64,000 bases of DNA from NCBI GenBank assembly GCA_965645245.1, contig OZ287083.1, positions 248,001 through 312,000 on the forward strand, in the 5' to 3' direction. Shown here one piece after another: positions 38,522-52,000 of the stretch; the first letter of the stretch is position 1, and the number at the start of each line of letters is the position of its first letter. The stretch comes from Massalongia carnosa (Eukaryota). The notes under the pieces were generated by a model. The model had not been told where the DNA came from and did no database searches. It saw only the letters and a list, made by a program, of their open reading frames with translations. Made by a program: the position numbers and the translations under genes.

Positions 38522-39590
38522 TCACCAAATTCCCGGCACCATCACCCACCTCTTCGCGCGATACGCCTTCCCAAACTCCTGCCGGTACTTCCGCTCCTTC
38601 TTCCGCGCCCACATCCCCATCGGCACCATGGCCACGGCCCAAAACACCACCGCGCTCCAGCTCCACGCCACAAGCCCCACGCCCGCCCAGGCCAGCGCTT
38701 CGAAGGTGTAGTTCGGGCACGTAACAGTGTCGAAGCCCCACCCGTGCGGGATCCCGCGCTCTGTGCCGCCGCCTCTGGAACGCAGGTTGCGCAGCGTGAG
38801 GTGCGTGGCCAGGTTGCCGAGCTCGCCGACGGCGTAGAGAGCGAGAGCGGGGTAGGTGATGTAGGGATTAGAGGAGTTGGTGGCGATGGCGGAGTTAGGG
38901 CGATAGGTCCAGAACGCAAGGTTAGCACCGGCGAGGAGCCAGTAGTGCGCAGAATTTTTGAAGAGGTTTGCAAGGGGCATGGTGGCGGCAGAGAAGCGGT
39001 GAAGGAAGAGAGTTTCGAGCTCGCGCTTGAGGAAGTGAAGAATTATAAGGGTGAAGGTTAGGGTTTGGAGGGAGGTGGGGCCGGAGGAGGCGGGGAGGAG
39101 GCGGTAGAGAACGGGGTGGATTAGGAGAGGGCCGAGGTACTCGATCACAAAGACCGTCCGCCAGGGGAGTTGAGGGCCTGGATTGAAGTAAAGCAGGATG
39201 GTTAGCCAAGAAGGCCGGGGCAAGAAGCGGTGAACTGAGAGAAAGTAGTGGTAAGGGGAGTGGAACGTACCAAGATCTTTGACATAGATGGCGCTTTGTT
39301 CCCGCAAGCCGGTGCTATGGACGGAGAGGGATTTGGTATTGGGTATTAAACCGCCGTCGCTGCCCTTGGTAATGCGGAGACGGTGGATGGAGAGGCCGGA
39401 GCTGCGAGCGATTTCTCCATAGAGGTTTGAGGTAGGCCCGGCTAAGGGGACCGAGACGTCTTCTGGAAGCTTTTTGATCGGTTTGCCTAATTTGCGATAG
39501 GTGGTATGAGCACGTGGGTTTTGGGTGGATTGCTGAATGAATGACTTTACCTCTTAGGCGAATGCATAACCTGATGGTGTTGGAGGCCAT
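38522..39590 (-). CDS. TSC13: Very-long-chain enoyl-CoA reductase (steroid 5-alpha-reductase family), 3 exons
   Basis: VKDLGPQLPWRTVFVIEYLGP (after removing intron 39270..39178), HFLKRELETLFLHRFS, NSAHYW and CPNYTFE. Confidence 0.93.
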
Positions 39591-41163
39591 CGGGACGAGC
39601 AATCCACGACTCCGTAAATGTTGGAATGTTGTAAATGAAGGTTGAACTGAACGATGCTACGTAGGATCCGTAAACCTCGGCACAAGATTAGTGGATTTCT
39701 CACATGATCGAATTCGTCACTGCTTCCACTTGTAAAGTCATGTGATGCTTTAAAAGCTAATTCTGTGAGGAAAGTCATGTGATAACTACAGAAGTACTGA
39801 TTCGGGATCTAAACCAGGTTAGGTACTCCGTACTCTGTAGAGTACGCTCAGCTCCTAATCTCCGCTCATGATGGTCCATACACTTACTACATCGACTGAT
39901 GCGTTGTGTAACTTGCCTGGCCTGCCTCAGCCTTTGCGTTAAAAATTACTGTCCCGCTGGACCCTATCACTCCTATCTTTGCTATGCGATCCCATACGAT
40001 CCCATGCGATGCTGACACGGCTGCGAACCAAACGTGCCGTGAAGATTTTCAGCTCGACTACTCTAGTTAAAATAGTTTTACGCGATATGTAATGTGGGAC
40101 GAATGTTGCTAATTTAGTTGACTTCCATGACCAATCTAGCACGGGTCTTCAAGCCACACAAAATTGGATAGATCAACGAAACGTATTGAAATCTCTGATG
40201 CTAGACTTTCCATATACATTCGGTATTAACGTCATGTTACATGGCCCAGAAACTTGGGGACATGGTGATAGGCTCGCAGCGCACTTGCTGTGCTCCGATT
40301 AGCTACCGACTCCTTAAATGGTTACCTCGACTGCAATGCGAGTGTTGAATGGTATCTTTAGCCCGAGTTAGGGTGGCCCTTTATCTTTTGGTCAGCCGCG
40401 AATCAAAAGGAGGAGATCCTAAAGAACCCACCGTTATTTTTCATTCCTCTACACTGTCATATATATATGCAAAGGGATTTACGCTTTTCCCAAAACTAAA
40501 GCTTCGCTTCGCATGAACTCCTGCCCCGTTGTCTACCTTATATACTCTCTCTGGGCTGTCCGCGCTCCCCTTCCAGTGTACTGTCAAGCGATGATCCTTT
40601 ATTGTTGAAAACTCCCATTTAGCTGGCATAGTTGGAAACTCGGTAAGTGGTGAATTGATGTAGACGCTGTGGTCATTTGAAGCGTCCCGTTGGCTGCCAG
40701 TGCCCTACCATTTCATTTGCTATATTTTATAGCTTCTTTTAGTTATTTCCAGGGTTACGTCGTCCCAAGGAAGGTGCTGATAGGAAGTTAATTGGTGTGA
40801 AAAACATTTTCCATACTATCTTGCCGTTCTTGGTCAGAGGTCATCCATCGGCGTTCAGGAACTTCATCGACCGATCCTTTCTCTGATATCGGATCGCCTG
40901 GCGTTGCTCTTCCCCACCTCCTCGGCATATTTCCGTCTTTCGTTCTCTTATTTTCTGCCTCCTGTTCTCCTAGGCATAGACACCGAGTATTTCTCTTCTT
41001 ACTGCCCAGACGCCGAGACACCTATCTATGCCCTGCATAACTGTTATTATACATGGGGTCGGCAGATTGTTTCCCTCCACAGGGCGAAGACTGCCACGTT
41101 GGGTTAGAGAGCTAACAAGACCAAACTATAGATTTTTGCATAAGGCTTCTCTACAGGACGAGC

Positions 41164-44100
41164 ATGGCGGAGAGCAACGCGACTGTACCTCATACGTCTG
41201 CCAGCTACACCATGGCTCGGCATCAGATTGAGCATGCTTTTGAGTCGGCTGAAGGCCTTCTCAAAGCCTCGCTAAGAGCGCTACCCACGCAAACCGGTGA
41301 TGGTTCATACATCGCTGCCCCGGAGGTGACCGGCTTGATCAAGGATCTCCGGAAGATGGGGCTTGGCGACGCCGAGACCCTTCTTGAGCTGGTGACCAGC
41401 ACGGTTTCCGGTAAACCAACCGATGATAAGACGTACTTCATGGAAAGACTGATCAAATTGGCGAGCGAGTTGCCGCTTACATCGGAAAATGGTGTGAAGT
41501 TGACCAGTTCTCTCGTGGGCAAGCTTTGGTCTGATTTGCACCACCCACCATCGTCATTCTTGGGAGACCACCATGTTTATCGGGAAGCCGATGGTTCCAA
41601 CAACGTAGGTATTGAGCAGCGGGTAGTCCGAAATACCTGCTAATAACAGATTAGAACATCTTGCAACCACATATAGGAGCAGCCAATACTCCGTATGCCA
41701 GGAGCGTTCAGCCTCAGACCGTTCAACCTGCGTATCTTCCTGACCCGGGTACTGTATTCGACAGTGTCATGGTGCGAAAGGAGTTCACACCTCACCCTAA
41801 CAAGATCTCGAGCATACTTTTCTACCTTGCGTCTATTATCATTCATGGTGAGCTTTTTTTTCTGGACCCCCTCAAAAATACTAAAGGGAATAGATATCTT
41901 CAAGACCGATCACAAAAACTTCAACAACTCCTTGACTTCTTCGTACCTTGATTTGGCGCCTCTTTATGGAAGTAACCAAGAACAGCAAAGCCGAATGCGA
42001 ACCTTTGAGAATGGTAAAATTAAAGCTGATTGCTTTTCGGAGCCTCGCCTTCTGGGATTTCCACCTGGGGTGGGAGTGCTTCTCATCATGTTTAATCGGT
42101 AGGTTTCAAGGAGCCCTTGAGAATGTATGGTCTGACTCAATCATACAGCTTCCACAACTATGTGGTGGAGCAGCTTGCGGATATTAATGAATCCGAACGT
42201 TTCAGCAAAGCTGATCAAAAGTGGCCAAAGGAAGAAATTCAAAGACAGCAGGATAAACGTGATAATGACCTGTTCCAAACTGGTCGTCTAATAACCTGTG
42301 GCTTATATGTGAACTGCATCTTGAAGGATTACGTCAGAACTATATTGAGTCTAAATCGTACCGATAGTGCATGGGACCTCGATCCTCGAGTGCCTGGGGG
42401 CGAAAGTCGGTTTGGTGGCGACAAATCTCGGAGTGTTGGTAACCAAGTATCTGCGGAATTCAACCTTGTGTATCGGTGGCATGCTGCTGTTTCTGACAGA
42501 GACGACAAATGGACCCAGCAAGAGTATAAAACACTGTTTCCTGGTAAGGATCCTAAGCAAGTAAGTATGCCCGAGCTCCTCCAAGGACTCGGGCGGTGGG
42601 AAGCTGGTCTTTCTCAGAACCCCCAAGAGCGACCTTTTGCCAATATCGAGCGGGATGAAGATGGCCGTTTGAACGATAATGCTTTGGTGGAGATCTTGAC
42701 GGAAAGCGTCGAGGACGTTGCTGGCGCTTTCGGTGCGAATAAGGTACCTGAAATTTTGCGTTCGGTTGAAATCCTCGGGATTCAGCAGGCTCGGTCTTGG
42801 AACCTTGCTAGTCTCAATGAGTTCCGAAGTTTCTTCGGACTAGCTAAGCATAAGACCTTTGAAAGCATCAACAAAGATCCTGAGGTGGCTGATCAGCTGA
42901 GACATCTGTACGAGCATCCAGACTTCGTCGAGTTATACCCCGGCTTGGTGGTCGAAGATGCCAAAGATCCAATGACTCCCGGCAGCGGACTATGCGCATC
43001 CTATACCGTCTCGCGTGCAGTTTTATCAGATGCAGTGGCATTGGTGCGAGGGGATAGATTTTACATGGTAGGTCTTGGCCCTAGATTGATGTTTTGCTTG
43101 CTCACAGTAGTAGATCGACTACACGCCAAAGAATCTTACCAATTGGGGCTTCAGCGAAGCGAGCTACGACATCAGTGTAGACCAGGGACATGTCCTGTAC
43201 AAGTTGTTTTTGCGCGCCTTCCCTAATCATATCCTACCAGACTCAGTCTACGCCCATTTTCCCCTCGTCGTCCCTTCGGAAAATAGGGCAATTCTTACCA
43301 AGCTTGGTAAAGATGATAAGTACACCTTTGATAGGCCGAGTTATGTTTCGCCGCCAACGCTCATTGCCTCACATTCTGCCTGCAAATCCATTTTGAGTAA
43401 CAAGGTAGATTTCAAAGTCTGTTGGGGCAAAGCAACCACATTCCTGGTTCACCAGGGCAGTAAACAATATGGCACGGATTTTATGCTTTCTGGCGATCTC
43501 GAGGTCAATGCCAGATCGCGGGAAATCATGAGCGGAGTTCTATATCGCCATGCTTGGGATCAAGAAGTAAAGAAGTTCTACGAAAATATCACCTTGCAGC
43601 TTCTGCATGAGAAATCTTACAAACTGGCCGGAATAAACCAGGTCGATATCGTTCGAGATGTTGGGAACTTGGCTAATGTGCACTTTGCTGCCGACGTCTT
43701 TGCTCTGCCTTTAAAAACAAAGGACAATCCTCATGGGGTATATGCTGAAACAGAGCTTTATATGATCATGGCTTGTAAGCAAAACTATTGATTTTAAGTC
43801 TGTTTCCGTTAATTCTTATCTCTTCTTTAGTGAACTTTATGACAATTTTCTTTGACGTGGACCCGGTGAAAAGCTTTCCTCTCCGGCAGGCGTCACGCAC
43901 ACTCACGCAGCAACTCGGAAAATTGGTTCAAGCTCGCGTCGCTATATTGAAAGAACCGACTGGTCCCCTTGATGATGTTGAGCTGTTTCGTCACCAGAGC
44001 CCTCTTTCAAACTACGGCGCGCATATGATAGAGCATTTGCTCAAGTCTGGCCTAGACCCCCTAAACCTTGTCTGGTCTCAGATCCTGCCCAGTTCCGTGG

Positions 44101-44799
44101 CGATGGTAGCCAACCAAGGCCAACTTTTTGCGCAATGCCTAGACTACTACCTGACGGACGAGGGCGCGCCGCATCTCAAGGAGATCAACCGGTTAGCCAA
44201 ACTTGATAATGACGAAGCGGATGAACTTATCCTTCGGTAGTGAGTAATCTTTGATTCAAACATGTATTTTGATCTATGACTAATAGCTCTCTAGTTTTCT
44301 GGAAGGGAGCAGGCTCAGAGGTGTCGTAGCGCTATTCCGCGAGGTGGCCACTCCGCAGACCGTTCAAGATGGGGATAACCTTGTAGATTTGAAACCTAAG
44401 CAGCGGCTACTACTGAATTTGGTATCTCCACAATCCCCCTTCGGTACATGGACAAAACTGAATTATGTCAAGGTCACGGCGTCTCGCGATCCCAAAGTGT
44501 TCCCTGACCCCGAGCAAGTCCGGCTCGACCGACCTCTAGACTCCTATATCCACTTTGGCTGGGGCCCACACATCTGCCTCGGCTACGGGATCTGCAAGGT
44601 AGCCTTGACGACTATGCTCAAGACGGTAGGCAAACTGGACAATCTGCGCCGTGCGCCTGGCCCGCAAGGGCAGATTAAGCAAGTCAAGGGGCCCGGTAGC
44701 ATCACGAAATATATGACCGCGGACGAATCAAGCTGGTTCCCGTTCCCGACAACGATGAAGGTACGTTGGGATGGTGGATTGCCGCCCTTGAAGGGCTAG
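41164..44799 (+). CDS. Linoleate dioxygenase-cytochrome P450 fusion (psi-producing oxygenase / linoleate diol synthase-like); start uncertain
   Basis: Peroxidase domain: distal His ASIIIHDIF, YLDLAPLYG and EFNLVYRWH (Tyr radical, proximal His). P450 domain: ANQGQ, EGSR and HFGWGPHICLG. Several introns. Confidence 0.92.
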
Positions 44800-46010
44800 G
44801 AACTCTATTTGGGGGTAGGTCTTTGCTCTGAATATAGGGCGTCGGGTTTGCTTTGCTCTCCAAGCTGCATTGGTATATTGGGTCGGTGACGGGTATTTGC
44901 CTCCTACTGCTTTAAGAGACAGGCTACAGGGTCATTTGGATGTTCTCGCTGACTCGCGGGAAAAAGCAACGGAGTCATGGTCACTCGTTGTTTCTATACC
45001 TATCTAGAGTTGGTCCTTTATCGATGGCCTTGACTCTTAAAGCACCTTTGACTCAACTATTACATATATGACTTGTCCAGGTATCGCCAACCCGTACTGA
45101 TCTATCTAACCTCGGTATACAGTATTCCTTCATAAGCTAATGCCCAATATTTACGTTTGTCTTGGCGTAACTATGCTCAACCGTTGAAGAATTTGAAGAA
45201 CCGGCCATCAAGCTGGTTGCTAACCGCGCTATGATCATCTCCGTCATTTTAGAAGAGCTATCCTATTTGGAAATTGAATGCCATCAACACCATCTTAGAA
45301 AACCATCTGACGTTGCCAAGTGTGATATAGAAGGGAAGAGTGAAAGAAACTTGACTAACCGGAAGAAAGCTAGCTTAGAAATTCCTCGCGCTAGAGCGGC
45401 ATCCACCGAACATTAGTGAAGGAGTGCTCCGTAGTTTACCCTTAGTTACTTACTGTTAGCTCGTCTAAGGTACGGAATACCTCTCGCTCCTCTTACTACT
45501 ACTACTACCTCATCTTCAAGAGTTCAATCTCTCTTCCGTCCCATCGCCCACTCACCTAAATAAAAGTATCAAGACACGTCCGTATCTAATCCATACTGAT
45601 CACGCTCTCTTTCAAGGCTCTAGTTCAAGTTCAGCGACCTGCACCGCTGTCTCGCTCTATCGCCCCGGAAGCTGTATCCTGCGCCCACTGCCATTCCTCA
45701 CCTCAACATATTTCCTTAACCCTCCGCCCCTTCAGCACCATCCGTCATCTTACGCTTTCAAAAAGTTATCATATCTACCAAATAAAATATCTCTGTTACT
45801 TGAAGGTTAGTATTCTTGCTTAAGGTAACAAAAAAGGCGGAAAAGTTTCATCTCCTTCCACTTTGCACCCCCGACACTAATAGCTCACTTATCTACCTAC
45901 CTACGCCCCCCAAAACTTTCCATACTCCACACTCTAAGGCTATCCTCTGGGAAATCTGGCCGTAGTTGCAGACCCTCACATGAGGTTGCTACTCTCACCC
46001 AGCTGTTAGG

Positions 46011-49000
46011 ATGGGGCGAATCAAGAAGGCGGCGGGTCCTAAACATGAAGCAACGGTGGTAAGTCTACTGCGATGGCCTTGAATTTTTTTGATCACAGTA
46101 GATCTTACTAATCTCGTTGTCAAACAGTCTCCAGCGATAGCTGAATTTGTGTCAAAGGCTATTTCGCTCCCCATCTCCAAACTCCCACTACATCTAGAGA
46201 CCTTCCCTCGTCGATGGCCCTTTCCAAGGGGAGATTTATATCACTGGATTTCATTGTTCAACCGTTTTGATAGCATACTGGAGCAGTTCAACCTGGAATA
46301 CGGCCTGACAGGACCTCAGACTCGACCTTTTGGCCGGATAATCTTGAAGCGAGGAATTGCAGAAGAGAATAAAGCCGCAGTAGCCACTCCGCCCAGCGAT
46401 GAGGAGCTCTACCGCGCAGGGTTTCTTGTTGATGGTGATCGGCAATTGGTAGAATCCATACTAGTATTTTCTCGTATGCTGCTCGAAACTTGTGGCAACC
46501 GGAGCCTCTACAACAGCAGTGATCGCCTTGGTGACCTTTTGAATACAACTGACCTTTCATTGCTCACCACAACTCTTCATCTAGCAGTGCGGCTTGCCCA
46601 AAGATACCATGCCTCGCGGCAACGGGGTGCCAATGCCAGCCAAAGCTTGAACAACGCATTGCTCTCTAGCCATTATAGCATTGATCTAGAGAAGGTGCAG
46701 AAGTTAGCAAATCCGTTTGTTAAGTCGCTGTTGTCATCAGGCTTGGCCCCGGAATACTCGGTGACCCCAGCGACGGCTCCTACCGGTAAAGGAAAAGAAA
46801 AGGTTTCATCAGCGCAAGCAGCTTTAGCTCATGCGAGCGATATGTTAGCTTTGGCTGGTGAAGAGCTTGGTTTAGGTAACGGAGTTGCTGAGAGCGCGGA
46901 GAGAATGGACCCTATAGGTCACAGTACTTGGGAAGATTGGGGGGGTGTTTTGCTGAGATATTATCAAACACCAGCAGCATCTAAAGAAGACAAGAAGCTA
47001 AACACTGGAGCAGCCACCTCTACAGCTCCACCTACCCCTACCCCTGTCAGGCGGGCTTCTGGGCTGTCAAGACCCAGCCGACTTTCAACCACCGACGAAA
47101 CACCCGAGGTCTCATCAGCAGTGCCATTGATTAAGGCAGACGATGAAATCTTCGGAGGAATGAAGACTGTTGAGATTCCACGGGAGACAATATCGTCAAC
47201 TCCGATAAATGATATCATGAAGGCGACATTACCCGGCATTCCTAAAGAGCACCACTACGATCTACTGAGTAAAGTTAGGATCGCTCATGCATTATCGGCC
47301 TCGCTTTCCACAAGACAGCAAATTCTCAGCATTCGATTGTTAGCTATCACGAATCTTGCCTACATTTATCCCGAGACGATTTTTCAGCAAAGGATAATAC
47401 AGCAAGACTCTGATGAACCACGACGATTGCAATTAGTTTATCAGCTGACTGACCTAATTCACCCACCCAGCAATCGTTCCGCTATCCCGACCAAACTGCA
47501 GACCCTGGCCATGGGTGCTTTAGAAGCTTTTGCCAAGCACAAAGGCAAAGCGCCGGATGTCTGCGCTGCTTTGAATGTCAATGTTAATCATGGTGTACTA
47601 TTCTATGCCTTACGAAAAGCCGTGGCCGATCTGGCTAGCGAGGAGGATGAAGGGGTAGATGAGGAGGAATGGCGGGCAGCGCTCTTTTCCTTGCTTGATG
47701 CCTTGCCTACATCCACCCCTAGAACTGGGGAAACGCTCATTACGGCAGGGCTCTTGGATGTCCTCATCGAGATACTTACTTTGCGAACAAGCAAAGCGGA
47801 ACGATGCTATCCCACAGTTCTCGCATTCTTGAACACCATCATATACACCGTGCGAGATGCTTTCCAAACACTTGCCAACTCCAAGGGACTAGATACTATC
47901 TCGGATCTTATCGCTTATGAGGTGCAGTTATCTTTGGAGCGAGCTCGCAATGGAGAGGGACTCCCGCTTAGCTTCCGGAACCAAATTATCGACTACCAGG
48001 TCCCTTTCTTTCAACAACAAACCTTGCGTTGGCTCTTCAAATTTGTAAACCATATGTTGACGCACGGCAACGGCAATTTTGACCGGCTGCTACGAAATCT
48101 GATCGATAACTCGCAGTTGTTGAGTGGCCTCCAGACAGTCATAGTGAATGCCAAAGTCTTTGGCTCAAGCGTTTGGAGCGGAGCTGTGAACATTATGTGT
48201 AGTTTCATTCATAACGAGCCTACTAGTTACGCTGTGATCGCGGAAGCTGGGCTCAGCAAGGGTCTTCTTGAGTCCATTACCTCGGAACCGGTCGTCGATA
48301 CAGCCGCGCACAGCTACGATCCGCAGCGCTTAGCTTCTTTACAAGCGCTTGTAGCGAGTGAGCAAATCAACGCAGAAGCTGTCGAGGAGCGTTTCACGCC
48401 GGCGAAGGTAGAAGCAAGGGTTCAGCAATCGGAGAAAAATCTCCTTGCTCAAGGTATACTGCCTGCAACTGATGCCATTGTTACCATACCTCAGGCATTT
48501 GGCGCAATTTGCTTGAATAACGCCGGCATGGATTTGTTTCTGAAGTCCGATGCCCTGGATAAGTTCTTTGAGATCTTTGAGAGCCCTGATCATGTTAAGT
48601 CCATGAACGTTGAAGGAGAGCTGGGGAGACTCTTGGGTAGCTCTTTCGATGAGCTTGTGAGACATCATACGCCTCTTAGGCAGCCAGTTATGATCTCAGT
48701 TATGGCCATGGTTGGGCGTGTTGGATATCTTTGTCGGTCACGTGCCACGAACAAAGGCCTCGGAGCAAAACTATGGATAGAAGGGAAGGACGGGGAATTA
48801 TTGGACTCAGCCACACCGGACAGCAGGCGTCACTCGGACTCCGCAACCGTAACTGGAATTGAAGCAGATAACGATGTGATTATGATTGAAGCATCTGCGT
48901 CTGGCGAATCTTCTTCGATTGAGCCAGGTAAAGAGCCTTATCGAATGTTCGGGCTCCAAACCACCGCGGATAAGGAGGATGAGAGGAACGGCCCCTGTAC

Positions 49001-52000
49001 TGCAACATATATCAATGTAGCGATGAAGTTCCTTGCCGGATTTTTCGAAAATTCTACTTTGTGTCAGTCCTTCATTGATCTAGGAGGTGTGGAGTATGTG
49101 CTCGACTTTGCAACCCTGCCGAGTCTCCAATATGACTTCAACAACCAAGCCGCAAGCCAAGAAATTGCAAGAGTCGTTCATATGCTTGCAGAGCAAAAGC
49201 CTCATCTAGTGCTCCCTTCTCTCGTAAAGAGAACTCAAAGTGCTGCCAACGAACTCGATCTGCTCTCGAACCACTCAGGGAGGTTGGCATTCTTCTCGCA
49301 CTTCACATCTATAGATCACAATTTGTCCAACGGGTCTAATGCTGCGCTGGATGGGAAGGTCATTCCCAATGGGACTGCAATGGCCAAGTCCCTGGTACAT
49401 ATCCATACTTTATGCAATATACTGTATGAGACGTTTTCCCAGCCAATCTATAACTCTCGATCCAGCCACACAGTCTTCAGCCAGGTCAATCTCGCTGATA
49501 TGTATGGTGTCCTCATCAAAAGCCTTGGTCGTTTGCATCGAGCATGTGTATGGGAAGAGATTCTGCTTCAGAAAAGTATTCCAGACTCGTGGAAAGAGGC
49601 TACGAGAACTAAAGGCTACGGCATGGGAAGCGAAGAAGCCGATGAAATATTTGGGTTCATCGGCCGGGACGAGGGTCGAGATGAGTTTTCGCTTGACAGC
49701 AGTGACTTCACAGCTGATATGGGATCTACGGCGAGTTCTGTTCAACTAAGATCAATTCTCAGCCCAACGGCCTCAAAGAAGAATAGGAAAACATCCTTAA
49801 GCAAAGACGAGAAATCTGCCCAGTTTAAGAACGTCCGTACTCTAAGATATCTTCTGAGCCAAATTCCTTCTTCCATCATCCCGTTCTTTCAAGGGCTTGG
49901 CAAAGCTTTGATCGCAAAGCGAAGGCCCGAAGCTTATGCTAGGCAAAATGCCTACATGGTAGCCGTTGCGATGTCAGAAGCCAACTTAGAGCAACTAAGA
50001 TTCGAAGCCCCTCGGGATGCCTCATCTACCAAGGATCGTTATGCGTATTGGATTGTGATATTGACCTCGATATCGCAACTGATGATTGAAGGTATGGTTG
50101 ACTTTACTAAAAAATATATTCTATGATTTGACTGACCAATTCCAGGTCCCCTAGATCGCCCACATTCGCAATGCTTGACGTTGGTATTGCAAGCCTTCAA
50201 AGACGGCGGCGGGTTGGATACCGTCAAGGAAATTCTCGAGAGTTTCTTTGAGGAGGTTAAATCGTTTAGCAGCCAAAACAATGTCGCAGAAGTGAATGAC
50301 GGTCCCGCTCGACTTGCTTCTGCTTATGGAGGGATCAAGATCATCCTTAATTTCTTCACGCACATTATCACCTCGAAATCTATTATCGAAGCCAGCCAGA
50401 CCGTTGCCCTCACGTCGAGTGACCGCGACAGGGGTCAAATGCATTTCTTTTCTCCATCTCAGTTCCTCGTGGAATTGCGTATGGCAATACTACCTACCGT
50501 CAAATCTATATGGGACTCGGATTTTGTGGACAAGGCGTCTGGATCGATTGTTAAGTGCTTAATTGAGATTCTTCGAATTGTTCTTGATGGATCAGACGAA
50601 CATGGAGCTTTTAAGCGCGGAGATAAGTTACCTGCACGTAGTAAAGCAGCTTCGAAAACATTTGTCATTCCTACCGAAAAGGTGAAAATTCTGACGGAGA
50701 AGAATTATAACAGCGACTTAGTTAGGGAAGCCTTATATCGGTGTATGAATGTACAAAATGCCGCCGAGGAGTATTGCCGAGCTCTGAGCACCTTTCCCCG
50801 GATGTCCAGAAGTCCAATACCAGCGTACGATCAAGAAAAGCCAAAGAATCCTTCGCCAGCGCCTAGTTCTGATCGTCAAGACTCAGAAGCGACCATACCT
50901 GATTCAGAACCAGCTGGCCCGCCCGACGAAGCATCTAGAGTCACGGAGCTAGCATCACTTGTTGCTGCACAAATACAAACAGATGCCCACGTTCAAGTCG
51001 AGGAGGAAGATGAGGATACTGGCTCAAGCGCAATCCCACCGCCACCGCCTGCACCTGGTGTACCTGCGGAAACTGATGGTTCAGATCAAGACGGCACAGA
51101 CGGAATGAGTATTAGCATCGATAATTTGCTAAACCTGACCAACACGCTCGAAAGCCAGCAGGCTGCTGCTCAAGCATCCTTAGGCTCTGCTGATGGCCCA
51201 CCGTCACCAGCTCCGACTGGGGAAATGGCTAAGCCAGTAGTAACTGTAAACGACCTTGACGATGAACGAGCAGCAATTCGACGCAATCTCATCGATCGCG
51301 CACTTGACGTGCTTAATGTGCATGACGATGTGACCTTTGAACTAGCCGATCTAATTAATGCTGCAGCGCTAAAGGCTGGGGACAGCGCCACTATGCGAAG
51401 GGAAATTGGTGAAACTCTCATCCAGTCACTAATCTCATTCCCATTTGATGAATATTTTCGATCTTCCGGGAAAAAGATCGCAGCTTATGCGCATCTCCTC
51501 GCACTTGTTCTCCAAGATCGTGAGTTTTATGAGGCGACCCTAGAGGAGCTCAAGAGGAACTTCTGTTGTCTGCTAGGTTTCGTCAAAATTTTCCCCGAGC
51601 AAACTGCCGAAGAAGCTTCTCCCTGGATTGGACAGATCTTGCTAATTCTGGAGAAAATATTGGCGGAGGACGTTCAGCCAACACAGATTCAATGGACTTC
51701 GCCAACCCTCGAAGGACCCCGGTCTGATAGTCCCATAGTTGAACTGCAACCTTCCCTCCTTTCAATGGACGCAAAGGTCGAACTCTTTAACTCGATTGTG
51801 GAGATTCTTCCTCGGATAGGAAAAGACGAATCGTTGGCTCTTTCGGTGATTCGTGCTTTGGTGATTCTTACTCGAAATCGCGATATTGCTTCCAAATTGG
51901 GCGAGAGACGTAACATACAACGTCTTTTTGTGATGATAAAGCAGCTTGCTGGGATCACGAACAATAGGGTTCAGAGCTCTTTTATGATATTGCTTCGGCA

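Noticed and set aside
24688..44799. Secondary-metabolite gene cluster around the dioxygenase-P450
   Set aside because: There is no PKS, NRPS or terpene synthase, and the neighbours are unrelated housekeeping genes.
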